Origin: Raja brachyura
Taxonomy: Eukaryota
DNA: 64,000 nt
NCBI GenBank assembly: GCA_963514005.1
Contig: OY740812.1
Span: forward strand, 11,718,001-11,782,000
Direction: 5' to 3'
The position numbers and the translations under genes are program-made. Shown here piece after piece: positions 1-13,110 of this stretch (its first letter is position 1; each line of letters opens with the position of its first letter). The notes under the pieces are model-generated. The model worked only from the letters and a program-made list of their open reading frames with translations. It was not told the origin of the DNA and did no database searches.

Positions 1-335
1 TGAATACATCACTGCCAATTTCCACATCAGGGAATCTGCCGTAGGCATCAACAATTACAAGCAAATGATCATCAGAATGCAGAACTACAAAATTAATAAC
101 CATGTTAACGCAGGACCCATTGGGTTATTCTGATGCTTTTATCGTTTCTTGCCTTTTGGCATTGTGTTTTGTGACATGCTAAACATTTGGTGATTTGTTC
201 TGGGAAGTGTACCTTTTCTCTTACGAGGTGTTTAGTTTTCGACACCTTGACGGGCTGCATCCATATCAGCAACATAGTGGGTTTGAGAGGAAAATGTGAT
301 GATGTGGGGAGGATTTCATCAAGAACTTTATGCAA
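1..335 (-). mobile_element. Decayed Ty3/Gypsy integrase remnant (zinc-binding region and start of core)
   Basis: Minus strand reads KTKHLVREKVHFPEQITKCLACH (cf. Gypsy KTKxLLREKVWFP..CxxC). After a frameshift it reads HLLVIVDAYGRFPDVEI (cf. YLLVVIDxYSRFPEVEI). Runs off the window start. Confidence 0.75.
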
Positions 336-405
336 ATCTTACTGTATATCTGCAAAATCATGAGAGGATGCAATTTTCAAGCTGGGTTTCCACTGATAAA
401 TGAGT

Positions 406-1431
406 TTACACAAAGTTTACACGGTTAAGTTCTCCACTCAGCTGACAATGTTTTCCCTTAGCAGGAGTTTTTCTTTTATGTGTATTGCTGCCACCATAAT
501 AATTGCAGTGTTTGAGTTCTGCTTATTCTGCTGCAGCTGCGGCTTGTTCTTAGGGAGACATTTAAACAAAAGATTTTGTCATGATATTTATTGTCTTGTA
601 CAATTTATTTTAGTTTAGTTTAGTTTCGAGATACAGCGCGGAAACAGGCCCTTCGGCCCACTGGGTCTGTGCCGACCAGCGATCCCCACACATTAACACT
701 ATCCTACGCACTAGGGGCAATTTTTACATTTACCAAGCCAATTTACCTACATATCTTTACGTCTTTGGAGTGTGGGTAGAAACTGAAGATCTTGTAGTAA
801 ACCCACGCACAACGTACAACTCCTTCGTTGGGATCGAACCCGGGTCTCCAGCGCTGCAAACGCTGTTAGGCAGGAACTCTACCACTGCGCCACAGTGCCG
901 CCCACAATTCTATTCACAGCCGCATCTTTTGGTTTTCTGCATCATCTACTCTGACGGTGACAATAAATTTGCTAGCTTGGGCATCTCAAAGGAGTTCTGG
1001 CAAAGTTGCTTTGAAATATATATTTTAATAAACCCCGTTTTCAGCTCTCACTCAAGATCAGAAAATTCTCATTTTACAGCAAGTTGTCTCAAACACATGA
1101 AATATTGATCAATTGTTTCTCTCGCTTCTTGCCTCGTGTAACAAATACAACTGGCTTGTACATACCAAATTGCTTTAGGGTAAAATATGTAGTCGACATT
1201 TGGAGGTAATAGTGTTTTATAAACATTCAGCAATCCTTCATCGTCAAAGAATGACAGGCATTTAAAAATAAATCTTATATCATCTGTGATTCCAAATCCT
1301 GACATCAGCCTTTCAAAAGAGTGAAAGCACTTTTCCCAATGGTACTGAATGAGGATGGCTTTGAGTGCAAGAGGTTGTGCCTGGCTATCACCATCATAAT
1401 CATATCCAAATGCATGATAGTGTCTCACCAT
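406..1431 (-). mobile_element. Decayed Ty3/Gypsy gag remnant, split by a SINE
   Basis: ORF 1069-1431 has WEKCFHSFERLMSGFGITDD...RQEARETIDQYFMCLRQLA (cf. Gypsy gag W..W...F......ITDD...Q..GETIDQF..RLRQLA..C). 510-406 reads HCNYYGGSNTHKRKTPAKGKHCQLSGELNR, a degenerate double zinc knuckle (cf. CxxCG...CPAKGKxCxxCGKxNH). Confidence 0.7.
608..903 (-). mobile_element. tRNA-derived SINE (V-SINE/HE1-like)
   Basis: Minus strand starts GGGCGGCACTGTGGCGCAGTGG (A box), has a GGTTCGATCCC B box and a (CTAAA)n tail. ACAATT flanks both sides (600-605, 904-909). Confidence 0.85.
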
Positions 1432-1622
1432 TAATTTTGTAATTAATTAAATGTATATGTCCTTCACAGGTTGTCTTGCACAGATATCTAGACTGCATGT
1501 GATAATTTATTGTCTCCCTGAATGTTGAAAGATCAAATGGCAGCATGATTTTGTTTTGAAACATGACAACTATAAACCTGTATAATGGACAGTTAACATT
1601 TACAAGTTAACTTTGATATTAA

Positions 1623-2257
1623 AGGGCCTGTCCCACTTGGGCGACTTTTTAGTCGAGTGCAGGAGACTGCGCTCGCCTCATGATCGCCACATGATCGCCA
1701 CATGGTCGCCACATGCTCGCTGGTGGTCTCTGGTGTGTCTCCTTCATGGTCGCGAGGAGTTCCCGCATACTGGGAACTAGTCGCGGCCTCAGTTTGGTCG
1801 CTGCAACATGTTGAAACATTTTCGGCGACGGAAAATTGGTCGCCATGGAGAAAATTAATGATCGTAGATGCAGTTGCAGTGGGTTATGGGTAGTCGAGGT
1901 AGTCAAAGGTAGTTTCAGTTAATCGCCTTTGTTGACTAGGCATTTTTATTGGCTCATTGGGGGAAAAAAACACGCGTTTTCAGAACCAAGGATAACCGAC
2001 CGGTAATGTTAAATGCCCGCCAAACTTCACACCTGTGTATCTCTGACTTTTTAAAAGTTGGCTGACTTCTTAAAGGTGTCTCCACTACTTCTCCCCCTAC
2101 CCCCCCCCCCCCCATCCTCTTTTAAAGGACGCACTGTATACTGTGCTAGCCGTCTTAACATTCCTGTTCATCACGGTGTGTGTCTGTACCACCTTGGCTT
2201 TGCACCATGTGAATTTCAGACAGCGCTCCCCCGCTTTACCTGACCCCCGCCTTTGCG

Positions 2258-2316
<59 letters not shown>

Positions 2317-2430
2317 TGCGTGTGTTCCACTCTGACAGTCGCCGTTCCAGTTCCCGGTTTTTCAGGCAAGTGCCGGGAAATTGACAGTCGCCTGCTGTCC
2401 GCTGAAAAATCGCCTAAGTGGACAGGCCCT
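1623..2430. mobile_element. Non-autonomous PIF/Harbinger-like element
   Basis: TIRs AGGGCCTGTCCCACTTGGGCGACTTTTT / AAAAATCGCCTAAGTGGACAGGCCCT, TAA on both flanks, repeated GTCGC sub-terminal motifs, internal (TG)n. Confidence 0.8.
2259..2323. repeat. (TG)n microsatellite inside the Harbinger-like element
   Basis: Read directly. Confidence 0.95.
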
Positions 2431-3846
2431 TAACTCTGTTTCTCTTGCCACATATACTGTCATGGTCTGCTAAGCTCAGAATTATTCATGAGTTTAAACA
2501 TTTGGGATGTTTAGAAGGGAATTATAAAATATAGCAGAGTAATGATATAATATAACATCATCAATATATTAACAAACTCCCTCGAAGGTGATTGGTAATA
2601 TTGCGATCTCGACCTTGACCATCAATATTAAATGGCCAGCTGAATGCTGTGGTTACAATAGCTGGTCAAATGGTGAGTAAATGGTGAGTATCCTGCAGTA
2701 ACTTTATCCAAAGCCTTTCCATCTTTTACAAGGCACATGTCAGGAATGTGAATTTAAACAACACTGAAGTCCAATCGTTCAAGAAACAGGTTCTGCACGA
2801 CTTTCTCAAAGATTAATGTAGCATTGCCAATATAACCTCACCCAATTCAGCATTTAAATCAAAATGCATTAGTTAATTCTTCAAATACAACCCAGGAAGA
2901 AAGGAGCTGAGTTTCTGAGTTTCAGCGTGTCTTCCTCTTCCTCAAGTATGTACATCCGTAGCATTTGTGAACCAGAGCCATGGTGTTGTAAGGTAAACAA
3001 TATCACCCAGTAGTAGCTGATTGGAATATAAGATGTGTCATCGAGTAGCTATATCTTGGTTTGCCAATGTACCTTAAATAAGGCTGGCATGAAAAGCTAC
3101 CTTGGAACGAATGCATTGTATTTGCTGGCAACTAGTACTGGCCCGCTTGATGCACTGAACATATTTCCATACCAGGAACACTTGGAATAGAATCCCTTTT
3201 TGATTCCAGTACATAGCAGATTTGAAAGGGAATGCTCCCAAGGAAACATGTGTGCAGTCATTGGTAAACATTGAACCTTGACACCCTTCTCATGCTACTT
3301 GCTTCTCCCTGGCAGGAGAAAATGTAGTGATCTCTCTTTGAACAGAATCCCAGAGTCCTTTTGTATGCCATGATTTATTGCAAGCTGCAAAATGGTGTTA
3401 ATGTTCTTAGATTTAGTCTAAAAAAGACTCATATGCCAACGTGCATAGTCGTGGCAGCCTTCATAGTCACTAACATTCACATTTTTCGCTGCTCTGAGGT
3501 AAAAGTTGTGGCTGCAACAGTTATTAGATTTTAGCAATGTTCTCCTTACTGAACCATGGATTTTATGGGATTTAGTGAATGTGGCATGCTGTCAGATGTC
3601 CTTTCCCATCTGTTCTGTTACAGCTTCTCCTACGCTGTATAGCCTTTGTTCATTGTCTCGATTACACTCAATCCTGCGAACAAAGCTGACTGGTGAAGCC
3701 ATCTCCAAAGCAATGGAAATACTACGACTTCCGGTGGCACTATGCAGGGCTAGAGACCAGCGCCAGCTAGCTCCATAGAAAATCCGCAAAAAAACGGGGA
3801 GAAAAACGGACCTACCTGCTGTTACTGCACCGGCTGCCTGCAACGT

Positions 3847-4878
3847 GTGAGTGACGTCATCAGGCGTGCGACTACGGTATGTCTGCAACATACCCCCCCC
3901 CCCCCCCCCCCCACCAAGCTACCGAAACGGACTGCTAGGCCAAAACAGGCACCGGAAGAAGTAGGCCCGACTGAAGCCTCAGGTTCAGGTACAACGTCGT
4001 CCCAGGAAGATGTTTTGAGGAGGCCAAAGCTTAAAAGATCTGAGATAGAAGATCTTCGGATTTTTCTATCTCAGGAAATTAAATATATAAAGGAAGAACT
4101 GAAGAGATTGAATTTTAAAGAAGAACTTCAAATTTTTAAGGACGAGTTTAAGGAGGAAATGAAGGAAGAAATCAACTCCACCATCCTTGAATTATTGGAA
4201 AAATGGAAGAAAGAAATGGAAGAAAAGCTGGATCAACAGATTGTGGAAATGGATGCAGAGATGGATGTCAAAATTAACTCGATGGAGTCCAGCTTTAATG
4301 ACAGGTTGGATCCCATTGAGAAAGCACTGAATCAACAGACAATTGCAATAACTAATTTAGAGGAGATTGCTTCAACAAATGCCGATACGACGAAACAGCT
4401 TATCAGAGAAAACCAACGCTTTTACTCAGAATTACTGAGTAAAATAACTGAAAAATGCACTGAACTGGAAGGATGTCAGAGGCGTCAGAATTTAAGATTC
4501 GTCGGCATTCAAGAAGGAAGAGAGGGGAAACGAGACCCCCGCGCATTCACTGCAGACTTATTGCAAAAAGTCTTAAATCTGGATCAAAAGCCTCTGCTAG
4601 GTCGAGCACATAGAGTGATGAGACGCCACCCACGGGCAGATGCCCCACCAAGACAAATTATAGTAAAGGTGCAATATGACCATGTACTGGAGGAGATGAA
4701 AAAAAATGTTCGTACCAGGAATCTCACATATGAAGGAGATAAGATCAGTATCTACCGAGATTATCCTGTGGAGGTCTCCAGGAAGAGAGCGCTGTTTAAA
4801 GAGACAAGAAGAATACTTAAGGATGTGAAAGATCTGAAGTACGGCTTGATGTACCCGGCTACATTAAAAGTAGAATGA
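3847..4878 (+). CDS. L1 ORF1p (coiled coil, RRM, CTD); frameshifted near both ends
   Basis: E/K-rich heptad region, then LEGCQRRQNLRFVGIQEG, RAHR, PRQIIVK, IYRDYP and YPATLKV, all L1 ORF1 motifs. The likely true ATG at 3879 is out of frame across a poly-C run. Confidence 0.85.
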   Translation: MSDVIRRATTVCLQHTPPPPPPTKLPKRTARPKQAPEEVGPTEASGSGTTSSQEDVLRRPKLKRSEIEDLRIFLSQEIKYIKEELKRLNFKEELQIFKDEFKEEMKEEINSTILELLEKWKKEMEEKLDQQIVEMDAEMDVKINSMESSFNDRLDPIEKALNQQTIAITNLEEIASTNADTTKQLIRENQRFYSELLSKITEKCTELEGCQRRQNLRFVGIQEGREGKRDPRAFTADLLQKVLNLDQKPLLGRAHRVMRRHPRADAPPRQIIVKVQYDHVLEEMKKNVRTRNLTYEGDKISIYRDYPVEVSRKRALFKETRRILKDVKDLKYGLMYPATLKVE

Positions 4879-5795
4879 ACACATCTTTACCAACCCTAAG
4901 GATGCATTGGAGTTCGCCCAGAATATCAAGAATGTGCCTGATGACTGAATATTAATTACAAAGCACCTGACGTCAACGAACAATGTAACTTTATAAAGAA
5001 CTTTATAGGGATGGAACTTAAGCAGTTATCCCTAAGGATAATTGAAATTGGATAAGGATAGCTGAATAAGGCTTTCCCTATGGACATGTTACACTCATAG
5101 TTACTATTAACATCAATAACTGATAAATACTAATTATAACTGTGCAGTACTACTAATAACTATTACTAATGGTTACTAATTATTTATAATTGAATTACTT
5201 AGAATTAGTTAAAATGGCAATTATAAGTACAGTTGGATTTAAAGCTTGATTTAACTTTATTTTCTTCTGTTATCTCTTGTTGATGTAGATTAGATTTATA
5301 CTATATGTTAATAATAGTCACCTTTATTGATTTATTTATTTTTTTGGTTTGTTTTTGTTTTGTATTTTTTACCAATGGAATATGAATACTTTGGAACTGA
5401 AAATGTTTCCCCCCCCCCCCCCCCCCCGGTAAAATACCGCTATGGAAATGTCATCTTAAAGAGAGCATGGAGCTAGTCACGTCTTTTTATTTTTCAAAGG
5501 CTACGGAAGTCGGTAGATGGCCAGCCATGTGGGTCTGGCTATCACTAACTGCACTACTTATAGATGCAGTTTTTTCTTTCATTTTTTCACTTTACTAACC
5601 ACTTATTCTATCACTTTTATAATATAATACTTTATTATAATTTTAAGTTTGAATGGAGTCATAAGTTTTATCAAAGGAGATATGTACGCGAAAAAGACCA
5701 ACGAGACTTAAAATTCATCTATCTGATGTTCGGGTGTAATGTCGGGCTTGTTGAGCTGAACCATCTACTCTTTTATAGACCACTCTAAACAAAAG

Positions 5796-8700
5796 ATGCA
5801 AGATTCGAATATAAAGATTGGGGGTGAAGGAATAACATTTTGTAGTTGGAACGTTAAGGGTATTAACGAACCAATCAAGAGAGGTAAAGTATTAGCACAT
5901 TTAAAGCACTTAAAACAGATGTAATATTTCTTCAGGAAACTCACCTTAAAAAGGATGCAGAGCATAGATTGAAAGCTAAATGGATTGATAAAGCATATCA
6001 TTCCTCATTTACACATAAATCCAGAGGTGTTGCAATACTAATCCGTAAAGGGATACCTTTTAAACATATATCAACTATAACGGACAGTGATGGTAGATAT
6101 ATTGTATTAATAGGTGAATTATATGCACAAGAACTGACTCTTATTAATGTTTATAGACCAAATTTTGATAGTCCCTTGTTTTTTAAGAAAATATTTAATA
6201 CAATTCCGGAATTAATACAACACAATTTAATAATCGGAGGAGACTTAAATTGTACATTAGACCCCTATTTAGATAGATCATCAAGACAACGGTAAAAAAA
6301 ATCGCAGTCCAGTGACTTATTAAATGCATATATAGATACTAGTAATATGAAGGATGTTTGGAGAATAGAAAACCCAACCAGACGAGAATATTCATTTTAT
6401 TCATCGGTACATAAAACATATTCAAGAATAGATTATTTTTTGGTGGACTCCAAACTTATTCCATTTACTTATAACTCGAAATATCACAATATTATAATCT
6501 CGGACCATGCTCCCTTAACATTTATGATTAAATTAAATGGAAGGATGGAGAAACAGTCACAATGGAGACTTAACCCACAAATTTTAAAGGAAAAAGTATG
6601 TCAGGAATATCTCACTAAACAGATTAATATGTTCTTTGAAATCAATGATAACCCTGAAACGTCTGCCTCCCCACTTTTGGAAACATTTAAAGCATTTACT
6701 CAAGGAGCTATGATCTCCTCCCAAGCATTTCATAATAAAGAGAATCGGGCTAAACAACAGGCATTGGAAAGGGAAATAAAACAATTAGACATAGAAAATG
6801 CGGCTACACCAACTATGATAAAACACAATAAAATTGCACCATTGAAATACAAATTAAATAAAATATATTCAGACCAAGTTATAACATTTTACCAATATAC
6901 TAAACAATTACATTTTGAATTCGGTGATAAACCTCAAAAATTATTTGCTCGTCAATTACGGAAACTGGATGGGGAAAAAACAATTCATAGGATTAAATCA
7001 GAAACAGGAGAACCACTAGTACAATCTAAGGATATTAGATTGCAATAAGAGATTTCTGCAATATTATCAAAACCTTTACACAGCTAAAACGATAGATCAT
7101 AGACAGGAATAGAAGCAGTCTTACAAAAATGCAATCTTAAAGGGTTAGATTTGAAAGGTAGAGAATTATTAGACGCTGAAATAACAGTAAAAGAAATTGA
7201 AGAGTCTATCAGATCTCTAAAAAACGGTAAATCCCCGGGCCCCAATGGCATAAGTTCCGAATTCTATTAATAATTCTATGATCTGATTGCTCCGCGTTTA
7301 AAGACATTGTATGAACATATCTATACCTAACAGTAATTAACAAAAATGCTAAATGAATCTAATAACACTTATACCAAAAATAGATAAGGACCTGGATGAT
7401 CCAGGTTCATATAGAGCTATAGCTTTCCTAAATACTGATCAAAAATTATTAACTAAAATCCTAGTACAAAGATTAAGCACAGTGATTACTAAATTAATAC
7501 ATCTGGACCAAACAGGATTTATACCAAAACGCTACTCTTCATATAACCTGAGATGATTATTCAATATTATATACTCAAAGAGAAGTACTAACAAAGATCT
7601 AGCAATTATTTTGTTAGATGCTGAGAAAGCATTCGACCAGATGGAATGGCCCTATTTATTTTTGGTTATGAACATTTTTCAATTGGGCGAGAAGTTCAGC
7701 ACTTGGGTTAAACTTTTATATACTAACTCAACAGCTAGAATATCGACAAATCAAATGGTATCAGCTAAATGTAATTTATCTAGAGGCTGTAGACAAGGAT
7801 GTCCGTTATCCCCGCTATTATCCGCACTCGCAATAGAACCATTAGCAGAAAGTGTGAGGTCCCATCCTGAAATATACGGGTATAACACTAAAGATACTGA
7901 GAATAAAATTTCCTTATATGCAGACGATGTATTAATCTACATTACAAAACCTGAAGTTAGTATCCCAAACTTATTAAATTTAATAACTCAATATGGCTCG
8001 TTTTCAGGATACAGAATTAATTGGAATAAAAGTGAAATCATGTCAATAATGGAAAGTAACCCACATATATTACAACAATTTCCTTTCAAAATAGTAAATT
8101 AAAAATTTAAATATCTTGGAATTTATGTAACAAAGACATATATTTCTTTATTTAAACTTAACTTTCCGCCTTTATTGAACAAATTACATAAGAATATTTT
8201 ATATTGGAAAACATTACCTATCTTAATGTTTGGTAGAATGAATGCAATAAAAATGATTTTTCTTCCGCAATTATTGTACCTATTTCAATCAATCCCGATA
8301 TATCACCCAAAATCTTTTTTTAAGAAGGTTGACTCTATAGTCACTAATTTTATCTGGGATTATAAGAACCACAGAATAAATAAAAAATACTTATGTAAAT
8401 CAAAAATAAATGGAGGTTTAGCCCTCCCGAGTTTTATGCTCTATTTTTGGGCAGTTAGCATTAAAAATATGATTTTTTGGTTGGAAGAACTGGACCGACA
8501 ACCAGATTGGTTAAAAATGGAAAAGGAAGACTGTTTACCTTTTGAAATTGTGCCGATCTTATTTGCTATTACAAAATTAAGCAAAAAAACCTATATAAGC
8601 AAAAAAAATTAAGCAAAAAAACCCCATAACGTATAGTGGAATATGCTTTTGTAAAAAAGACACTAAAATTGGATAATTTACCACTACTTCTCTCATTGTA

Positions 8701-9618
8701 AACAAGCCTGCATTTAAACCCTCAATGATGGATAAAGGTTTTTCACAATGGAAAAATCACGGAATTACAAAGATGGGTCATCTCTACAGGAAGGGTACAT
8801 TCCTCTCATTTCAGGAACTACAACAAATTTATGGACTTCACTCAAATGACTACTTTAGATACCTACAACTTAGAGACTACGCTAAATCAAATACACAGGA
8901 CTATAGAAATAGAAAGACAGAAATTCTTGATGAATGTTTGAATAAACACCCTAACACAGAAAAAGTGATATCTTATATTTATAATATTCTATTAGATAAT
9001 GATGCACCCACGACGGAAATATATAAGCAATCATGGGAAAATGAACTAGGCCAACCAATAAGGCCAGTAATATGGGCTTACAACATATACATCACTGTTT
9101 GTTAAATGCTAGACACTCTTTAATCCAATTTAAAGTATTACATAGATTGCACTATTCAAAAACAAAATTAAATAGAATTTACCCAAGCATATCTCCTATT
9201 TGTGAAAAATGTCAGCACTCAGAGGCTAACTTAACGCACACATTTGTAAGTTGTATAAAAATTAACAATTTTTGGACGGAAATCTTTAAGATAATTTCGG
9301 AAGTTGTCAATATCCAATTGGACCCCGATTCAAAATTAATAATATTAGGAATACTAGAACAAAATCAAATATTTACAGCAAGCCAAAGAAACTTTATCGA
9401 CTATAGTTTAATAACTGGGAAAAAATTAATATTACAAATTTTGGAAAGGCCCTATAACCCTCACAATTAAAATGTGGACTATGGAAATGTCGGAGACCCT
9501 ACATTTGGAAAGATTAAGATTTGTCTTAATGGACAAACAAGAACTAATTACTAGAATGTGGTTTCCATTCATTGACTATTTGAAGGGGCAAACCGGTTCG
9601 GCTCGAGAACCTGACTGA
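5796..9618 (+). pseudogene. L1 ORF2 (APE endonuclease, reverse transcriptase, C-terminal Cys-rich region) with multiple stops and frameshifts
   Basis: Endonuclease motifs SWNVKG, GGDLN, SRIDYF, SDHAP. RT motifs LDAEKAFD, GCRQGCPLSP, YADD. C-terminal CEKC...HTFVSC. Confidence 0.92.
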
Positions 9619-9654
9619 AACCCGAATCAAGGATTAGATGAAGAATTACATTTT

Positions 9655-9956
9655 ATAAGGATAAGGGGGAATTCCTTTAGGACCGAGATGAGGAAAACAT
9701 TCTTTACACAGAGAGTGGTGAGTCTATGGAATTCTCTGCCACAGAAGGTAGTTGAGGCCAGTTCATTGGCTATATTTAAGAGGGCGTTAGATGTGGCACT
9801 TGTGGCTAAAGGGATCAGGGGGTATGGAGAGAAGGCAGGTACGGGATACTGAGTTGGATGATCAGCCATGATCGCATTGAATGGCGGTGCAGGCTCGAAG
9901 GGCCGAATGGCCTACTCCTGCACCTATGTTTCTATGTTTCTATGTTTCTATGTTTC
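9655..9956 (+). mobile_element. CR1 3' fragment inserted in the L1 3' UTR
   Basis: FFTQRVV..WNSLP-type coding end, CR1 3' UTR (GGCTCGAAGGGCCGAATGGCCT) and (TCTATGTT)n tail. Confidence 0.85.
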
Positions 9957-10826
9957 AATAATCCACAAACTTATCACCAATGATGTATAATTAGCTGATT
10001 ATTCCATTCTCTTTTAATTTTTTGGTTTCTTTTCTCTCCCTCTCTATTATTTTCTATCTATATAAAAATTTAAAAAATATATAGAAGTACAATTATTATA
10101 CAATTGATAATATAAACAATATTAATAATGTATGGCTACTATAAACAAAATGTTTTTTATTATGTATTTACTTCTAATAATTTTTTGGAAATATTCCAAA
10201 CACTCAACAGACCAGGCAGCATCTGTAGAAAGTGAAATAGATGCCATTTCTTCATCTTGAAACATTAACTATTTCTCTTTGCACAGATGCTGCCCAACTT
10301 GCTGACAACGTGCAACATTTCCTGTTTTTATTTCCAGCAACTGTTTTTTATCTTCATTCACAGCACAACTGGTTTGTGCAGAAGCCTCAAAATCAGTAAA
10401 TGTATTTCAGCACCTGTCATGTCATTCCCAGCAGAATGTTGCAATTTTTAAATAACTGGAAAAGCAACAATAGGGGCTATATTTGCAATAGTAGGCGTGA
10501 CATTAGTAATTATTTGACGATTCCTTCAAATAAAAAAAGAAGTTGTGCTCTGCTGTTTGGCACGTCAGAAGAGAGTGCTTGCTGCAGCATTGATCTCTAA
10601 AATGGCTGCTGGCATCAGATTGGTAATGCATGTTGAATGATTTTTATAAACTCTCAGTGTGCAAGCTTCCAATGATGTACACACATGCACTTCAGTAAAA
10701 TGAAGTACACACATGCACTTCAGCAAAATGGGTGGGTGCTTTGCATCAGAGCTGGGTGCAAACACTACCTTGGAACATTCGTTCATTAGTTATAGGAGCA
10801 AAATTAGACCATTCAGCCTAACAAGT

Positions 10827-10966
10827 TGGGGTGGGACATTGCAACCTTCACGTGGTCCACCCTGTTTCGATGAATGCAATCAACCTGGCGTGCACAATCA
10901 AATAAGATTAAATAGAACAAGTCCTACATCTTTAGGCTCTGCACAACATAGGCAAGAAGAAGAAGG
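10827..10966 (+). mobile_element. Short retroposed element with (GAA)n tail and 12-bp TSD
   Basis: AGCCTAACAAGT at 10815-10826 and 10967-10978; ends GCAAGAAGAAGAAG; interrupts a CR1-tail remnant. Confidence 0.7.
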
Positions 10967-12666
10967 AGCCTAACAAGTCTACACCGCCATTCACTTATGG
11001 CTGAGTTCATTTTCCTTCTAACCCCATTCTTCTGCCTTTTCCCCTAACCCCTTACACTTGGAAATCTACCTATCCCTATTTCACACCCAGCAACTCGCAC
11101 CCCATTGTGGCATAGATACCCAAGGCGACCCAGTTGGAGATATTGCCGGGAGATGAGCTTTCATCTTATGATCTAAAAATCCAGTGGTCAACCAAACAGC
11201 TTTTATTCCCACCTGCAATTGTTCAAATAAAATTAAAATAAAACACACAATTCCTTTTAATGCTACTATGATAGGAGTGTTAGAAAGATCAATTTTCAAT
11301 TTGCAGAGTCTCCAGGACAATCTGCACGTTGTTGACAAATCTGATATAAATGATAGAAAAGTGAAGTGATATCTTTCCACCGGCACTCTTTCAACTTACT
11401 TTCAACCGGAAATAGTCAGTCATAGTAACCCTGAACCGTTTTGTAAAATAGTTCATGACTCATAAAGAAGATTAAATGATTATGCAGGTTGTGATGTAAC
11501 ACGGATCTACATAATCCAATAATAAAATAATGTATTTGTCAGAAATCCAGAATAAAACAGAGAACAAGAAATAAAGTTTCAACTCAAGATCCTTTCATCA
11601 GAGCTGGTAAGATGACATAAACCTTTTAATATGCTCTCAGATACTTGGCATTTATTTAGCGACTTTCAAAACATAAAGACACCTCATAGTATTTTAGTCA
11701 CTTTTGTGATGTAGAAAATGTGACAGGCTATTTGTGCACAGTATGGTTACACAAATAAGGCAATAACTGAATAATAATCATCAAATATCATTTATCATCC
11801 TATAAATGTGTGCATTGCATTCCATGATTGACAGCAAAAAAAAGTTGATGAATCTTCCCAGGTTTTTTGGGTTCAGGGGGTTGGTGGAAGGTGCCTGTAC
11901 CTGGCCAGATGCTTTGGACAGCAAAATTACAGGAACTAGTGGAGAGGGTGATCAGTAATCAGGAATGATCTTGAAGGGAGCAAGCAACAGCAGTCACCAC
12001 AGTGGGAGGGAGGGTGCAGCCCGAAGTTGGACAAGTGGCTAGGATGCGGTTGGGTATGGATGAAGAGCAGGGAAATCGAGGGAAAGGAAGCAGGAAAAGG
12101 AAGAGGGGCAGGAAAGGTTGAGTAAAGTGGGAAAGAGCTGAGAAGGAAGTGGACTGAGAAAGGGTAGGAAAATAGGAAAGGGGGAACAGAACAGGGATGT
12201 CACACAGCGATCAAAGTCTACCAGGTCACACCTTTTCTGATATTACAACAGTGATAAGGACACTGAGAGAGGAACAGAAGCAGTGGAGGGGTCTTGGTGG
12301 AGAAGAGAACAAGGGAGGGGCTGGGGAATATGTTCTGATTGAGACTAACTGCTCTTGTGCCTTCAGGTGTTTACAATATGAATGTATATGTGTGCACATG
12401 TGTACATGCGTGTGTCCCTCCAATGAGCATACGTGGCTGTGTGTGTGTGTGTGTGTTAAATCTGCACAGTATAGCATTGCCTTGGACCTCCTTGCCACAG
12501 AACAAAGACCTTGTTCTGCCAAGTCCATGCAAAGGTTGATGTGCAATCAGCACTTTACAATAAAATAGTTCACACACAAACATCCTTCACACTGCACACG
12601 TGGAGTGAAATTAAATTCTCAACCCATAAGTCAGCCAGGAAGTAGAGAACATACATTAAAGGGAAT

Positions 12667-13110
12667 GAGACCAAGCATAGGCTTGGCGATCACTTCGCCC
12701 AACACCTCCGCTCGGTTTGCAATAACCAACCTGATCTCCCGGTGGCTCAGCACTTCAACTCCCCTCCCATTCCGAATTAGACCTTTCTTTTCTGGGCCTC
12801 CTCCATGGCCAGTGAGGCCCACCGTAAATTGGAGGAGCAGCACCTCATATTTTGCTTGGGTAGTTTACACCCCAGTGGTAAGAACATTGACCTACAATTT
12901 CAGGTAGTCCCTGCTTTCTCCTCCCCTTCCCAGCTCTCCCACAGGCAACTGTCTCCACCTCTTCCTTTCTTCTTCCCCCCCCCCCCACCTTCACCACCAC
13001 ATCAGTCTGAAGAAGGGTCTCAACCCGAAACGTCTCTCTATTTCCCTATTTCCTTCTCTCCATAGATGCTGCCTCACCCTCTGAGTTTCTCCAGCACTTT
13101 TGTCTACCTT
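12667..13110 (+). mobile_element. Penelope-like element 3' fragment (GIY-YIG end plus terminal repeat with hammerhead motif)
   Basis: Translates ETKHRLGDHFAQHLRSV..NQPDLPVAQHFNS; followed by CTGAAGA-AGGGTCTCAACCC-GAAACGTC at 13007-13034. Confidence 0.8.

Larger units (their letters stand above)
3726..10185 (+). mobile_element. Full-length L1-clade LINE (ORF1, long spacer, disrupted ORF2)
   Basis: 5' end GACTTCCGG; ORF1 and ORF2 as listed separately; imperfect TSD TGGAAATACTAC (3714-3725) / TGGAAATATTCC (10186-10197). Confidence 0.9.

Noticed and set aside
608-903. tRNA gene
   Set aside because: A and B boxes are followed by a SINE body and tail, and the unit is repeated many times; no intact cloverleaf.
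2097-2433. His/Thr- and Cys/Val-repeat ORFs (also 12197-12583)
   Set aside because: Translations of (TG)n/(CA)n microsatellites.
11990-12200. Purine-rich tract as a functional element
   Set aside because: Low-complexity GA-rich sequence with no periodicity or recognisable motif.
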